DNA of 64,000 nt from Acidobacteriota bacterium (GCA_016211085.1 JACQSY010000039.1:3129-67128), one strand, 5' to 3'; positions 1 through 11,091 are shown, counted from the first letter of the stretch. Program-made: numbers and translations. The notes: generated from the letters alone by a model not told the origin.

Positions 1-1
1 T

Positions 2-1054
2 AAAGGGGACTTGAAAATACCTGTTCCGGAACGGCGGCGTAAGGGAAACGGCACGGGCATAGAGATTTCGGGGGTTTCTCATAACAACTTGAAGAACATC
101 GATGTCCGTTTCCCCCTTTCCGTCTTTATTGCTGTAACCGGCGTCTCAGGATCCGGAAAATCCTCCTTAGTGGACGAAGTCCTCTACCGTGCCGTCTCGC
201 GTCATCTTTACGGATCATTGCTTGAACCCGGGCCCCACCAGAAAATCGGTGGCCTGGAAAACCTGGACAAGGTAATCGAGATCGATCAGTCGGCGATCGG
301 CCGCACGCCGCGCTCCAACCCAGCGACCTATACCGGTTTGTTTACCCCTATTCGGGAACTGTTCGCCATGCTGCCGGAATCGAAAGTGCGCGGTTACCGT
401 CCGGGAAGATTCAGCTTCAATGTTCGAGGGGGCCGTTGTGAACCATGTCAGGGGGACGGCTTGCGAAGGGTGGAAATGAACTTCTTGCCCGACGTCTATG
501 TTCTTTGTGAAACCTGCCAGGGGGCTCGCTACAATCGCGAAACACTCTCCATCAAGTACAAAGGCTACTCGATAGCGGACATTCTTGACTTGACGATCGA
601 AGAAAGCTATCCGGTATTGGAGAATATACCCTCCATCCGCAACAAGCTGCGGACTCTCCGCGACGTGGGGCTTGGTTACATCAAGTTAGGGCAGTCAGCT
701 ACCACTCTTTCCGGAGGGGAAGCTCAGCGTGTAAAACTGGCTCGGGAACTGAGCCGGAGCTCAACCGGCCGCACCCTCTACATCCTGGATGAACCCACCA
801 CCGGCCTCCACTTTGAAGATGTCAAGAAACTCCTTGACATCCTTAATGAGCTGGTCAATCTTGGGAACTCCGTCATCGTGATTGAACACAATCTAGAAGT
901 AATCAAGTGCGCCGACTGGATTATTGATTTAGGCCCGGAAGGAGGAAAGGAGGGCGGCCGCATTGTGGCGGCGGGGCCTCCCGAGTTGGTGGCTCAATCG
1001 CCACACTCCTATACCGGCCGTGCTCTCCAGAGAGTCCTGAGTGTCCAGGCATAA
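2..1054 (+). CDS. uvrA: Excinuclease ABC subunit A, C-terminal part (5' end outside window)
   Basis: The frame is open from nt 2, so the TTG at 11 in the track is not a real start. Second ABC module motifs are present: GVSGSGKSS (Walker A), [12 protein letters not shown] (signature), [12 protein letters not shown] (Walker B). Zinc-finger cysteines CEPCQGDG...CETCQG. Confidence 0.92.
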   Translation, partial: KGDLKIPVPERRRKGNGTGIEISGVSHNNLKNIDVRFPLSVFIAVTGVSGSGKSSLVDEVLYRAVSRHLYGSLLEPGPHQKIGGLENLDKVIEIDQSAIGRTPRSNPATYTGLFTPIRELFAMLPESKVRGYRPGRFSFNVRGGRCEPCQGDGLRRVEMNFLPDVYVLCETCQGARYNRETLSIKYKGYSIADILDLTIEESYPVLENIPSIRNKLRTLRDVGLGYIKLGQSATTLSGGEAQRVKLARELSRSSTGRTLYILDEPTTGLHFEDVKKLLDILNELVNLGNSVIVIEHNLEVIKCADWIIDLGPEGGKEGGRIVAAGPPELVAQSPHSYTGRALQRVLSVQA

Positions 1055-1979
1055 GCAGTTTCCGACTGAACACCTGAAGACTTACCCTCTCTCCACGCGC
1101 AAGAGCAAGGTAGGCGTACAGAGTTTTGCACGCCCCTTGAGCGGGGATTCTCTCTCCTCTTTCAAGGCGGGCCTTCCAGACATACTGGCGGGCCGCGACA
1201 TACGCCTGCTGGCTGAAAAAATCTTGAAGGCTCGAGACCGTGGCCGGGCCATCATCTGCGGTTTTGGAGGTCACGTCGTCAAGGTGGGGCTGGCCCCTGT
1301 CTTGATTCAGCTCTGTGATGCGGGACTGGTCACCGCATTGGCGACCAACGGAAGCGGAATGATTCATGATTTCGAGATCGCCTGGTGCGGCGCTACTTCT
1401 GAAGACGTCGAGGAGGAGTTGAAGAGCGGAAGTTTTGGCATGGCGCATGAGACGGGCGAACTGCTTAATCGCGCCATTAATAAAGGCGCTCAGGAAGGCA
1501 AGGGACTTGGCGAGTCCATAGGAGCCTTCTTGAACGAATCGACACTCGCACACCCCGAGTTCTCGCTTTTGCTCCAGGCCTATCAAAGAAGTATTCCTTT
1601 TACCGTGCACTCGGCCTTTGGCACCGATATTATCCACGTACACCCCGCCGCTTGCGGAGAAGCTTTGGGAAAAGGTTCGCAGACCGATTTTAGAATTTTT
1701 GTCCAGCAAGTGTCTGAGTTGAATGACGGGGGAGTTTATTTAAATCTTGGCTCTGCGGTGATTCTTCCCGAAGTTTTCTTGAAGGCGGTTTCGCTGGTCC
1801 GCAACAGTGGCTTGCCGCTTGCGGATTTCACCACCGCGAACCTGGATTTTATTCAGCATTATCGCCCTATGCAAAACGTGGTGCGCCGTCCGGTAGCGGG
1901 TTGCGGGACCGGCATAGCGCTTACCGGACATCATGAGCTTTTAGTGCCGCTGCTGGCAGCCTTTTTGCTCGAACCCTGA
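1041..1979 (+). CDS. Deoxyhypusine-synthase-like (DHS-like NAD-binding fold) family protein; function uncertain
   Basis: 312-aa ORF overlapping the uvrA stop by 14 nt. The stretch ...[44 protein letters not shown]... parallels the DHS-family core as I remember it. GTG start, no alternative Met nearby. Confidence 0.45.
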   Translation: MSRHKQFPTEHLKTYPLSTRKSKVGVQSFARPLSGDSLSSFKAGLPDILAGRDIRLLAEKILKARDRGRAIICGFGGHVVKVGLAPVLIQLCDAGLVTALATNGSGMIHDFEIAWCGATSEDVEEELKSGSFGMAHETGELLNRAINKGAQEGKGLGESIGAFLNESTLAHPEFSLLLQAYQRSIPFTVHSAFGTDIIHVHPAACGEALGKGSQTDFRIFVQQVSELNDGGVYLNLGSAVILPEVFLKAVSLVRNSGLPLADFTTANLDFIQHYRPMQNVVRRPVAGCGTGIALTGHHELLVPLLAAFLLEP

Positions 1980-2089
1980 AATATCTTCCCGGGGGAATTC
2001 TTCATTGCGCCGCCCACAGGCGAGGTGTCCGGGTGTCCGTGCATGCTTTCCACCGCGGGCAAGGGCGTGGGAGGATGATTTGCGACGCT

Positions 2090-2716
2090 TCATACAGAGG
2101 TTTCTTCGTAGCGGTTGACCAGTTCCGCGAAGGTTTGCTTGATCTGATGGTTGGTGTCCGAGAGTTTGCGGGAATTTTCAATGATGTAGTCAGCGTACTT
2201 GATTTTTTCCAGGAGCGGCATCTGGCTCTGGATTCTCCTGAGAGCATCTTCCTCGCTCAACCCATCACGGCTCATTAAGCGTTTCAGCTGAATGGCTGGA
2301 TGGCAGTAAACCACGATCAGCACTTCATACCGGCGATAAGAACCGACTTCAACCATTAGAGCCGCGTCCACCACTAGAATGGGCGAGCGCAGCCGGGTGG
2401 CATTGTCCAGAATTTCTTGTTTCAAATGCTCTTCCTGTGCCAAGACGTGCGGGTGAACCAGCTCGTTTAAGCGCTGTCTGGCGGATGCATCCGAAAAAAC
2501 GATTTTTCCCAGCTTGCCACGGTCGATGCTCCCCTGTGCATCCAGGATCTCTCTGCCAAAATGATTCACGACCGCCTCATAAGCCGGCTGTCCACGTTGA
2601 ATGACATCATGAGCAATCTGGTCGGCGTCAATGGTATACGCACCAAGCTTTCGCAATTCGCGAAGCGTGTGGCTTTTTCCACAGGCGATCCCCCCTGTAA
2701 GCCCGACCTGGAACAT
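2090..2716 (-). CDS. coaE: Dephospho-CoA kinase
   Basis: N-terminal P-loop VGLTGGIACGKS. Length (208 aa) and overall pattern are typical of CoaE. Confidence 0.9.
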   Translation of the reverse strand: MFQVGLTGGIACGKSHTLRELRKLGAYTIDADQIAHDVIQRGQPAYEAVVNHFGREILDAQGSIDRGKLGKIVFSDASARQRLNELVHPHVLAQEEHLKQEILDNATRLRSPILVVDAALMVEVGSYRRYEVLIVVYCHPAIQLKRLMSRDGLSEEDALRRIQSQMPLLEKIKYADYIIENSRKLSDTNHQIKQTFAELVNRYEETSV

Positions 2717-2807
2717 AGCTTCATATTACTACCACGGGAAGCAGTCGGTGAACGTTTCATCAATTGACGAACTTGAGCCAGTTTTGACACAATCGCGCTT
2801 TGTTTTT

Positions 2808-3788
2808 ATGGGCCTGAACTGGAAGACGGCGATTAAGATTGCACTTTCCCTGGGTCTGCTGGCATTGCTCCTGTCTCGCATGGATCTGCAGAAGTTCGGG
2901 CACACACTGGCTTCCGTAAGTCCCATGCTCCTGCTGACGGCGGTTTTAGTGCAGCTGGTGGAAGCGGTTCTTTCGACCTGGCGATGGAAAACCATCCTGG
3001 AGAATTTCAGGATCCTCATCCATTTTCCTCCGCTGCTGAAAATAACTTTGATCGGCAGCTTCTTTAATCTTTTTCTTCCTTCGTCAATTGGAGGGGATTT
3101 TGTGCGAGCCTACTATCTGTCGCGGCGTCAGGAACGAAGCATGTCCACCACCCTTACCACTACGGTATTGGAGCGCAGTGCAGGGCTGTGCGGGCTCCTT
3201 ATCCTGGGGACGGCGTTTGCAGCCGTGCACCGAATGGATGTCGAGGGGATTTCCCTCCTGCTGGTTTTCTTTATTCTGAACTTCGGATATGCCGCCGCCA
3301 ATTTTGCGCTTTTCAATTCCTGGTTTCACCGTCAGATTTCGCGACTGCTCAGGCGGTTGAGATTTGCTCACCTCGAAACCAAGATGGAGTTGGTCTACGA
3401 GGGGCTCACCACGTTGCGGAAAAACTATTCGGCTATCATGATGTCGATTGGTATCTCATTGTTGATCCAGTTTCTTTCCATTGTCATCGTGTGGATCAGT
3501 GCTTATGCGATTCACTTGAAGGTTCCTTTTTACGTGTTCCTGGTTTTTATTCCGCTCATCAATCTCACCATCATGATTCCTCTGACCATCAACGGAATCG
3601 GCCTGCGGGAGAGTGCTTATTATCTGCTGTTCTCTCAGATCGGCCTGCCAGTGGAAACGGCTGTGACGCTCTCGTTGCTCAATTTTGTGGTGTTGTTGTG
3701 CGCGGCGCTTCCCGGCGCCATTGTTTATTCTCTCTACAAGAAAGATGAGCCTTTTGAAGAGGCATTTGCAAAGGCAGGCGGCTCGTGA
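2808..3788 (+). CDS. Integral membrane protein, flippase-like / lysylphosphatidylglycerol-synthase TM-region family (UPF0104-like)
   Basis: Multi-TM hydrophobic protein. The track ORF starts at 2631 inside coaE antisense. The ATG at 2808 (MGLNWKTAIK...) is the first start outside coaE and precedes the first TM helix. Confidence 0.55.
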   Translation: MGLNWKTAIKIALSLGLLALLLSRMDLQKFGHTLASVSPMLLLTAVLVQLVEAVLSTWRWKTILENFRILIHFPPLLKITLIGSFFNLFLPSSIGGDFVRAYYLSRRQERSMSTTLTTTVLERSAGLCGLLILGTAFAAVHRMDVEGISLLLVFFILNFGYAAANFALFNSWFHRQISRLLRRLRFAHLETKMELVYEGLTTLRKNYSAIMMSIGISLLIQFLSIVIVWISAYAIHLKVPFYVFLVFIPLINLTIMIPLTINGIGLRESAYYLLFSQIGLPVETAVTLSLLNFVVLLCAALPGAIVYSLYKKDEPFEEAFAKAGGS

Positions 3789-4783
3789 AAGTTCTGCTTA
3801 CTGGTGGCGCGGGTTTCATAGGATCACATGTGGCTGAGGGACTGCTTGGACGCGGCGATCAGGTCATGATAGTCGACAACCTGAATGACTTTTATGACCC
3901 GCGGATCAAATTGCGGAACCTGGCCTCCGTTCGAGAGAAGGGGAAATTCTTATTTTATAAATGCGACATTCGCGATCGGGAGGCGCTGAATCGAATCTTT
4001 CACTCCGAGAGGCCCGAGACCGTGGTCCATTTAGCGGCATACGCGGGCGTACGTCCATCCTTGCAGGACCCCGCTTTGTGTACTGACGTGAATGTCACCG
4101 GAACAGTGCACTTGCTGGAAGAGGCGAGGCTCTCGGGTGTCCGCCACTTTGTTTTTGGAAGTTCCTCTTCCGTCTATGGCACCAGCAATTCGCTCCCCTT
4201 CCAGGAAGACGATGCAGCTTTTTCCCCGGCTTCGCCTTACGCGGTAACCAAACGAGCCGGAGAGCTGATGTGTCGGGTTTACCATCAGAACTACGGTTTG
4301 GCTTGCACTTGCTTGCGTTTTTTTACCGTCTACGGGCCGCGGCAACGGCCGGAAATGGCGATCCACAAGTTTACTTGCCAGATAGACCAGGGGAGGGAAG
4401 TCACGGTTTATGACGAGGGCAGGTCCAAGCGCGATTACACTTACATCGACGATATCCTCCAGGGAACGGTGGCCAGTCTGGACCGGCCCTCAGGATTTCA
4501 AATCTTTAACCTGGGAAATTCGCAGACCACTAGCTTGCTCGAGCTCATTTCGATGATTGAACAAGCTCTGGGAAAGGCTGCCCGGATCAAACTTTTGCCC
4601 TCCCAGCCGGGTGATGTACCCATTACCTGTGCCGATATTTCGCGGGCACAGCAATATCTGGGCTATACGCCGGGCACGGGGATCTCAGAAGGAATATCGC
4701 GCTTCGTGAATTGGTATTCACGTAACAAAAGGAGCGACTCTCAAACACTGGCAGCGTTGGACGAATCAACTATTTCAACCTAA
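3785..4783 (+). CDS. NAD-dependent nucleotide-sugar epimerase/dehydratase (SDR family)
   Basis: Rossmann motif TGGAGFIGSH and catalytic YxxxK (SPYAVTKRAGE). GTGA overlap with the upstream gene. Confidence 0.85.
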   Translation: MKVLLTGGAGFIGSHVAEGLLGRGDQVMIVDNLNDFYDPRIKLRNLASVREKGKFLFYKCDIRDREALNRIFHSERPETVVHLAAYAGVRPSLQDPALCTDVNVTGTVHLLEEARLSGVRHFVFGSSSSVYGTSNSLPFQEDDAAFSPASPYAVTKRAGELMCRVYHQNYGLACTCLRFFTVYGPRQRPEMAIHKFTCQIDQGREVTVYDEGRSKRDYTYIDDILQGTVASLDRPSGFQIFNLGNSQTTSLLELISMIEQALGKAARIKLLPSQPGDVPITCADISRAQQYLGYTPGTGISEGISRFVNWYSRNKRSDSQTLAALDESTIST

Positions 4784-5735
4784 AGACCGTGATTTTATTG
4801 TCTTTCTCGGCAGTCACGAAGACTAGATTGCCGTCGGGGGTGAGCAAGACATCCATAGGCCTTTTCCCCGCACGGTAACGAGCCGTACGTTCCAGGCCTG
4901 GATTGAATACGGCCACGGAATCTTCACCTGAAAGCACCACAAAAACTCTTCCGTCCCGCGCCACCGCAATTGAGAAAGGGCGTTCTCCCACCTGGACCCG
5001 TTTCACTTCTAAAAACCCATGGACATCAATGACCGAGAGATCATTGGATCCGCTGTTCGCCACGTACAGGAGCGAACCATCCGACGAAAACGCCAGACCG
5101 TCAGGACCCGACCCCACCGGGATTTTTTTGACCACCTGTCGCGTCTGGACGTCGACTACCCACACTTCATCAGAACCGCCGCAGGCTACAAAGAGGCGAT
5201 CAGCAGTCGGAGTCACCGCCGCGGCAATAGGTCGCGAACCAACCTGGATCTTGTGGAGCATGGCATTGGAACTTGCATCGATAACATCCACGTGTCCCAG
5301 TTTTCCCTGCCCATAGTTGGTGACGAACAAAGGAGAACCACGTGGCGATAGCACCGCACTGCTCGGCCTTCCTCCGACCTTGATATCGTCTAATACGGCA
5401 TAGCTGCGGGCGTCCAGCACCTTGATCAGTCCCGGACCGAAGTTGGTCACGAAAAGTTTGCCTCCGTCAGGTGAGGCTACAATGGCAAGAGGTTCATAGC
5501 CCGCCTGGAAACGCTCCTGGACCTTATGGGTCTCGACATTGATGGCCTGGACCTCGTCATCCGCAAAATTGGTGACATAGAGCAGCCGTCCGTCCGGGCT
5601 GATGTCCATGAAAGAGGGAGCTTTCCCGGTTTTTATGTTACGCAGAGGTTCGATGTCCGCTGCGTCTGCCCGCAAGCACATCATCAGCATGAAGGCACAG
5701 ATGCCTACAGTGCTAAGAGGAATTTTCCTGATCAT
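4770..5735 (-). CDS. Secreted beta-propeller repeat protein (YVTN/YncE-like)
   Basis: N-terminal signal peptide. About 40-aa repeats of the type ...P.G.A.SPDG..LYV.N......V.VID.... Confidence 0.7.
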   Translation of the reverse strand: MIRKIPLSTVGICAFMLMMCLRADAADIEPLRNIKTGKAPSFMDISPDGRLLYVTNFADDEVQAINVETHKVQERFQAGYEPLAIVASPDGGKLFVTNFGPGLIKVLDARSYAVLDDIKVGGRPSSAVLSPRGSPLFVTNYGQGKLGHVDVIDASSNAMLHKIQVGSRPIAAAVTPTADRLFVACGGSDEVWVVDVQTRQVVKKIPVGSGPDGLAFSSDGSLLYVANSGSNDLSVIDVHGFLEVKRVQVGERPFSIAVARDGRVFVVLSGEDSVAVFNPGLERTARYRAGKRPMDVLLTPDGNLVFVTAEKDNKITVFRLK

Positions 5736-6670
5736 CCTCGAGCAAAAACCGCGCGCCGGGCCTTGCAGGCAGTCAGGGTATTTTTCATCAGGTGCGCAAT
5801 CGTGAGCGGTCCGACGCCACCTGGGACCGGGGTTACCGCCGCTGCGATGCCGTACGGGTCGCGGGGATGAACATCTCCAGTAAGAGTATACCCTTTGCTC
5901 CTGGTTTCCAGGACACGCGGAGAATCCGCGCCGAACAACCTCTCGGTTTCTTCCACGCTTTCAACCCGATTCATGCCGACGTCGACAACGACTACTCCCG
6001 GCTTGAGAAATTCGCGCGTGATGAGGGCAGTTCGGCCCACTGCCGCAATCAGGATATCGGCACGCCGGCATACTTCGGGAAGGTTGCGGGTCCGGGAGTG
6101 GCAAACGGTCACGGTGGCGTGTTGATGCAGGAGCAACAGCGCCATCGGCTTGCCAACAATGTCGCTTCTGCCTACCACCACCGCCTCGGCTCCCTTCAGT
6201 GTAATTCCCTCCCGCCGCAACATTTCCAGAATTCCCAGGGGAGTGCAGGGTGCGAGCGTGTAAGTGCCAATGCAAAGTTTCCCTACATTGATGGGATGAA
6301 AACCGTCCACATCTTTTTCAGGACGAACCGCCGCCAGTATTTGTGGCTCGTCAATCTGATCAGGAAGCGGCAGTTGCACCAGAATACCGTCTATTTCCTC
6401 TGAGTGATTGAGAAAATCAATTTTATCGAGCAACTGATCGGTTGTTGTTTCACCGGATAGTTCAACAGTTTCCGAATGCATGCCGAGATCGGCGCAGGTT
6501 TTGATCTTGCTTCGGACATAGATTCGTGAGGCAGGATTGTCACCCACCAGCACTGCGGCCAGCCCGGGCACGATGCTACGGCTCTTCAGTTCACGGATCT
6601 CTTCTGCGACTTCCGCTTTGATTTGTTGGGCTACCTTCTTGCCATCGAGAGGGCGTGTTGCAATCTCCAT
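5732..6670 (-). CDS. folD: Bifunctional methylenetetrahydrofolate dehydrogenase/cyclohydrolase
   Basis: VVVGRSDIVGKPMALLL and PVPGGVGPLT motifs. 312 aa. Confidence 0.9.
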   Translation of the reverse strand: MEIATRPLDGKKVAQQIKAEVAEEIRELKSRSIVPGLAAVLVGDNPASRIYVRSKIKTCADLGMHSETVELSGETTTDQLLDKIDFLNHSEEIDGILVQLPLPDQIDEPQILAAVRPEKDVDGFHPINVGKLCIGTYTLAPCTPLGILEMLRREGITLKGAEAVVVGRSDIVGKPMALLLLHQHATVTVCHSRTRNLPEVCRRADILIAAVGRTALITREFLKPGVVVVDVGMNRVESVEETERLFGADSPRVLETRSKGYTLTGDVHPRDPYGIAAAVTPVPGGVGPLTIAHLMKNTLTACKARRAVFARG

Positions 6671-6698
6671 AGAGGAAGCTATGCTAACAAAAAGGAGC

Positions 6699-7991
6699 CT
6701 ACGGATAAATGCGATAAAGCATTCTCGGAAAAGGGATGGTCTCGCGCACGTGTTCCAGCCCGCAAATCCAAGCTACCACCCTCTCGATGCCCATGCCAAA
6801 ACCAGAGTGGGGCACCGTTCCGTACTTGCGCAGGTCCAGATACCACTCGAAGGCCTCACGGGGCAGATGATGCGACTCAAGCCGCTGGAGCAGCAAATGA
6901 TAATCGTGAACGCGCTGGCTCCCTCCGATGATCTCGCCGTAGCCTTCCGGGGCCAGGACATCCACGCAGAGCGCCAGTGAGAGGTCCTGGGGATCCGGTT
7001 GAACATAGAAAGCCTTGACCTCAACAGGGTAGCGGTGGACCATCACAGGTAAATCAAACTTCTCCGCTATGACCGTTTCGTCGGTTCCCCCAAAATCAGA
7101 ACCAATGGGAGTTTCACTTCCGGCTTCTTGAAGAATCCGGAAGGCCTCATGGTAGGTAATGCGTGGAAATGGAGGATGGATTTTCTCCAGCAACGTTGTA
7201 TCGCGTTCCAACCGTTTCAATTCTTCTTTTTTTCGATCAAGGACCCGCTGAACGACATAACTGACCAATTCTTCGGCCAGCGCCATCACGTCGTCCAATT
7301 CAGCCCAGGCAATCTCCGGTTCCACCATCCAGAACTCCATTAGGTGGCGGCGGGTCTTGGATTTCTCCGCCCGAAAAGTGGGGCCAAAACAGTACACTTT
7401 TCCGAAAGCCATACAAGTTGCTTCGCTATACAACTGCCCGCTTTGTGTCAGATATGCTTTTTGGTCGAAATATTGAGTTTCAAAAAGCGTCGTGGTTCCC
7501 TCACAGGCGGCCGGTGTAAAAATCGGCGTGTCCACGAGAGTGAATCGGCGCTCCGCAAGAAAGTCGCGGCAGGCGTGAATGATCTCGCTACGCACACGCA
7601 GAATTGCCGTCTGCCTCGAGGAACGCAACCAAAGGTGGCGGTTGTCCATCAAAAAAGCAACGCCATGCTCCTTGGGAGTGATGGGATAATTTTCGGCCAG
7701 TTGAAAAATAGTCAGTTCCGACACATCCAGTTCGTACCCGCCTGGAGCCCTTTCGTCAGCCCGGACTTTGCCTTTTATGATCAAAGAGGACTCTTGCGTG
7801 ACCCGGTCGGCGGCTTCGAATACCTCAGGTTTAACGTTCTTTTGAAAGACCACCGCCTGAACCAATCCGGTTCCATCACGCACCATCAGGAAACGAAGCT
7901 TGCCTTTTTCAGTTTTGTGGTACAACCATCCCTTGATGGTGACTTCTTCGCCTTGGTATTGCGAGATTTCTTCGATATAGGTATGAGCCAT
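6699..7991 (-). CDS. asnS: Asparagine--tRNA ligase
   Basis: Class IIb synthetase. Motif 2 [24 protein letters not shown] resembles the AsnRS type (E. coli FRAENSNTSRHLAEFWM...), not the AspRS type. C-terminal ...GFGMGIERV...FPR. Confidence 0.82.
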   Translation of the reverse strand: MAHTYIEEISQYQGEEVTIKGWLYHKTEKGKLRFLMVRDGTGLVQAVVFQKNVKPEVFEAADRVTQESSLIIKGKVRADERAPGGYELDVSELTIFQLAENYPITPKEHGVAFLMDNRHLWLRSSRQTAILRVRSEIIHACRDFLAERRFTLVDTPIFTPAACEGTTTLFETQYFDQKAYLTQSGQLYSEATCMAFGKVYCFGPTFRAEKSKTRRHLMEFWMVEPEIAWAELDDVMALAEELVSYVVQRVLDRKKEELKRLERDTTLLEKIHPPFPRITYHEAFRILQEAGSETPIGSDFGGTDETVIAEKFDLPVMVHRYPVEVKAFYVQPDPQDLSLALCVDVLAPEGYGEIIGGSQRVHDYHLLLQRLESHHLPREAFEWYLDLRKYGTVPHSGFGMGIERVVAWICGLEHVRETIPFPRMLYRIYP

Positions 7992-8010
7992 GGTTCAATG
8001 CCTTTTTCCT

Positions 8011-9012
8011 TTAACGGCCCAGTTCTTTTTCCGCCCATGCTTGAATACAGGGGAACTCACCAATTTCCAGTAAAGAAAAATGCACTCGCTCGAGCGACCC
8101 GGAAATATATTGCTCATAAATAAAATTGCCACGCGTCAGAATTTGATAAGCATAAGTTCCCAGAGCCTTCAGGAGACGTTGGATGCTCATCAAGTGAAAC
8201 TGGCGCCGGAAAGCTTCTTCGCTCAGGTCGAGCCCTGCTCTTTCGAAATAATAACCTCGGAGCCAATCGACTTCCCGGCTATCAAGCGGGATCGAGTCTT
8301 TTAAGAGTGAGGCCAGGTCATAGGAGGGAGGTCCCTGGCGCGCGTCCTGAAAATCAATGATAAACAACGTATGCTCGCGAATCATCAAGTTGCGTACATG
8401 ATAATCACGGTGACACAACACGCGGCGGCACGCCGCCAGTTCCCCGGAGATTCTCGCAAACTCCTCATTAATGGTCGCTTCTGGAAGTGCGATCTTACGA
8501 TACCCTTCCAGAAAATATTTCTTAAAGAAGACAAGTTCCCAGGAAAGTTTCTCAACGTCAAAGGCAAGTCGTGATGCTTCCCACGCGGGATCAACGGCGG
8601 CATTTCCCTTTTGCTGGAGGATCAGCAGATGATCGATGGCTTGCTTGAGCAATGCCTGGCGCTGCTCAGGGCCAGCCGTGAGCAGGCGGCGTTGCAGAGA
8701 TTCATTGCCCAGATCTTCTTGAAGCACAATGCCCAGTTTGCCTTCAATAGCGTATATACGAGGTACCGGCAATTCGATTGTTTGTAAGAGGCGGTATACC
8801 TGGCCGAAAGTAAAGTCCTCGGGATTGAACGGCTCAGGATAAACAGCCAGTATGTAAGACAAGCCCGAATCCGCAAAATACCTGAAATACTGGCGCATGG
8901 AAGCGTCTCCCAGGAGGGGGACCACATTGTAAGGGCGCCGCTCGGTTTGAAAATGAGTGCGGATAAATTCCATCAGACGCTGCTGAACCCGGGGAATGGA
9001 TTGGCTTTTCAT
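8011..9012 (-). CDS. Aminoglycoside-phosphotransferase-fold sugar kinase (AmgK-like anomeric MurNAc/GlcNAc kinase candidate)
   Basis: APH-type catalytic loop LCHRDYHVRNLMI. I place the start at the Met giving an ATGA overlap with the upstream nucleotidyltransferase stop (9009-9012), not at the track start 9033. Confidence 0.6.
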   Translation of the reverse strand: MKSQSIPRVQQRLMEFIRTHFQTERRPYNVVPLLGDASMRQYFRYFADSGLSYILAVYPEPFNPEDFTFGQVYRLLQTIELPVPRIYAIEGKLGIVLQEDLGNESLQRRLLTAGPEQRQALLKQAIDHLLILQQKGNAAVDPAWEASRLAFDVEKLSWELVFFKKYFLEGYRKIALPEATINEEFARISGELAACRRVLCHRDYHVRNLMIREHTLFIIDFQDARQGPPSYDLASLLKDSIPLDSREVDWLRGYYFERAGLDLSEEAFRRQFHLMSIQRLLKALGTYAYQILTRGNFIYEQYISGSLERVHFSLLEIGEFPCIQAWAEKELGR

Positions 9013-10007
9013 CGCGATTGCCGCAGAGGCCAAACTGCAAGGGAGCCATTCAAGGTGCCCCCTGCCTCTCGTAGACGCTTTTCATGCTCGGCGAGGGCGG
9101 GCGTAACAATGGCGTTTGAGAGTTTCGAATAGGGAGGTATTCTCACGCCGTCTGAGAGTACAGCATTACGAATTTGGGCGCATTTCCCCAGTTCAATCCC
9201 CTCCCAGAGGACGCAATTCTCCAGGTGGCAACCTTCCGCCGCCTTCAAACCTGAACCTGCAATCACCTGAGTCATTGCGTCTCTGAATTCACCTCCCGCC
9301 ATCAGCTGTTTCAATCCCTTCCGGCAAAGCACCTCAAGGGATTTGGTCAAGTATCTGGCCGGAGTGCTGCACTCACACCAGTAGGCGCTGCTTACAAAAG
9401 TACGGATCCTTCCGGTCGCAAGCAGTTTCAGGTAGACGTCTCGCACAATGTCCGAAGGGCCTGGAGGTATGTGGTCAAGCAGCGAACGCGAGATGACGTG
9501 CACTCCTGTAAAAGTGAAAGCCTGGAATTCTCCTCCGCGAGGCGGGTTTCCAAACTTCACGATTCGGCTTTCGGCATCAGCAAAAACAGGGCTGAAATCG
9601 TCGCGAGGATCTCTCGGAACCACCACCAGCGTAGCGAGAGCCTTCGATTGTTGGTGAGCAACATAAACCCTGCTCAGATCCTCTTCAAAGTAAATCTTTC
9701 CGTTATAAAGGAAAAAAGGCTCCGACCCCTCCACGAAATGTCGGATGTTGGAAATGGCGCCGGCTGTGCCCAGCATCTTGGGCTCGTATACAAAATGAAT
9801 CCCCGAATCCCCGCTCAGTGAGGTCCGGACAGTCTCGGAAAGGTGGTGTAAATTTACGGTGATTTTCGTAACTCCTGCGCGGCGCAACGAATCGACCGAG
9901 TGGCACACCAGGGGACGGTTCAAAAAGGGAATCGACGGCTTGGCTCGAAACTGCGTCAGAGGAAAAAGCCGGCTGCCTAAACCCGCTGCGAGGATCAAAG
10001 CGCGCAT
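9009..10007 (-). CDS. Sugar-phosphate nucleotidyltransferase with C-terminal hexapeptide-repeat region (MurU-like candidate)
   Basis: N-terminus MRALILAAGLGSRLFPLT...KP (NTP_transferase G-loop). The C-terminal region looks like a left-handed beta-helix. Confidence 0.6.
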   Translation of the reverse strand: MRALILAAGLGSRLFPLTQFRAKPSIPFLNRPLVCHSVDSLRRAGVTKITVNLHHLSETVRTSLSGDSGIHFVYEPKMLGTAGAISNIRHFVEGSEPFFLYNGKIYFEEDLSRVYVAHQQSKALATLVVVPRDPRDDFSPVFADAESRIVKFGNPPRGGEFQAFTFTGVHVISRSLLDHIPPGPSDIVRDVYLKLLATGRIRTFVSSAYWCECSTPARYLTKSLEVLCRKGLKQLMAGGEFRDAMTQVIAGSGLKAAEGCHLENCVLWEGIELGKCAQIRNAVLSDGVRIPPYSKLSNAIVTPALAEHEKRLREAGGTLNGSLAVWPLRQSR

Positions 10008-10556
10008 TCAATCCTGGCCCTCTCTGCCCCGTCTATAGATTTCCACATAGGTCTGGCCAACGTAGGAGGAAGGTCCCCACCCCAGTAAACGGGCGAGTTC
10101 ATTTATGGATTCCTCAGAGCCCTCTATTTCCACAAATCCGCCAAAGGGTGTTTCGTCGAAGCACACATAAACATCGGCTCCCAGCGGGGTCACCTGGAAA
10201 ATCTCCCGGTACTTGGAATATTCGAACGCGACCATAAGCCCGAGCTCCCTAAAGATGTTCTGCATGGCTTGCGGTTCATCTACTCGGGTCTCATATTCCA
10301 CTCTTTGCTTGAGAAGTTGGTGGTATGCCGCTTTACCCTTGAATGTAAGGCGCGATTCGCCGTTGTAGGTACGGAGTCTCAAAGCGCATCCTTGCTGCTT
10401 CAAAAGACAGTCCTCAAAATCGAACAAGAGGTTTTGCTCCAGTTGTCGGGGGACGATGCAATGAGCGCCCAGGCTGACCAGGAGCTTGCGAAGCCGCTCG
10501 AATTCGGAAACATCCACCCGAATCTTGACTTCAGTCTCCAGCTTCACGGATGGCAT
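10008..10556 (-). CDS. CYTH-domain protein (triphosphate tunnel metalloenzyme / class IV adenylate cyclase family)
   Basis: N-terminal ExExK motif (LETEVKIRV). Size of 182 aa fits the family. Confidence 0.65.
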   Translation of the reverse strand: MPSVKLETEVKIRVDVSEFERLRKLLVSLGAHCIVPRQLEQNLLFDFEDCLLKQQGCALRLRTYNGESRLTFKGKAAYHQLLKQRVEYETRVDEPQAMQNIFRELGLMVAFEYSKYREIFQVTPLGADVYVCFDETPFGGFVEIEGSEESINELARLLGWGPSSYVGQTYVEIYRRGREGQD

Positions 10557-11091
10557 CCTCGAAAGCTGCTGCCGTCTTGGGATCCATTACAGCAAACCAG
10601 ATTTCCTTGAGAATGCTGCTGCGCTCCTTTAGGAATCGGCGCGCCGCACCCACCATGATCCGGGCACACTGGTCGATGGGAAACCCGCCTACCCCGGTTC
10701 CCAGTGCAGGAAAGGCGATGGTCTTGATTCCAAGCTCATGAGCGCGCTCCAGGGTATTTCTCGTGGCTGTTTCTATGAAAGACGCACTGGTTTTCAGGTC
10801 CTGACCCATGGCAACCGCATGAATCACGTACTGAGCTTTCAGACGACCAGCTCCCGTGATCACCGCCTGGCCTACCTCAACCGGTCCCTTTGACATAGCT
10901 TCTGTTTCGATTTCCACACCTCCTTGGCGCCGTATAGCTCCTGCGACTCCCGAACCCATCCACAATTCGTTGTTGGCTGCGTTGATAATGGCGTCAACTT
11001 CGAGATCCGTGATGCTTCCTACAAAAGTTTTTAAGCGAGTCTTGCTGCCGCCGCTAATCGCAGCGGAGTCGTTTCCCTTTTGTTGCGACAT
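10531..11091 (-). CDS. Macro-domain protein (ADP-ribose / O-acetyl-ADP-ribose binding or hydrolysing)
   Basis: Motifs INAANNEL..GSGVAGAI and IAFPALGTGVGGFP. Confidence 0.8.
   Translation of the reverse strand: MSQQKGNDSAAISGGSKTRLKTFVGSITDLEVDAIINAANNELWMGSGVAGAIRRQGGVEIETEAMSKGPVEVGQAVITGAGRLKAQYVIHAVAMGQDLKTSASFIETATRNTLERAHELGIKTIAFPALGTGVGGFPIDQCARIMVGAARRFLKERSSILKEIWFAVMDPKTAAAFEDAIREAGD

Noticed and set aside
921-1709. 262-aa minus-strand ORF antisense to the uvrA end and the DHS-like gene. Similar long antisense ORFs occur at 7344-8123 (asnS), 33844-34377 and 55690-56274.
   Set aside because: All lie opposite genes with clear family motifs. Their translations have no motifs and a skewed composition. 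These are typical antisense shadow ORFs in moderately GC-rich DNA.
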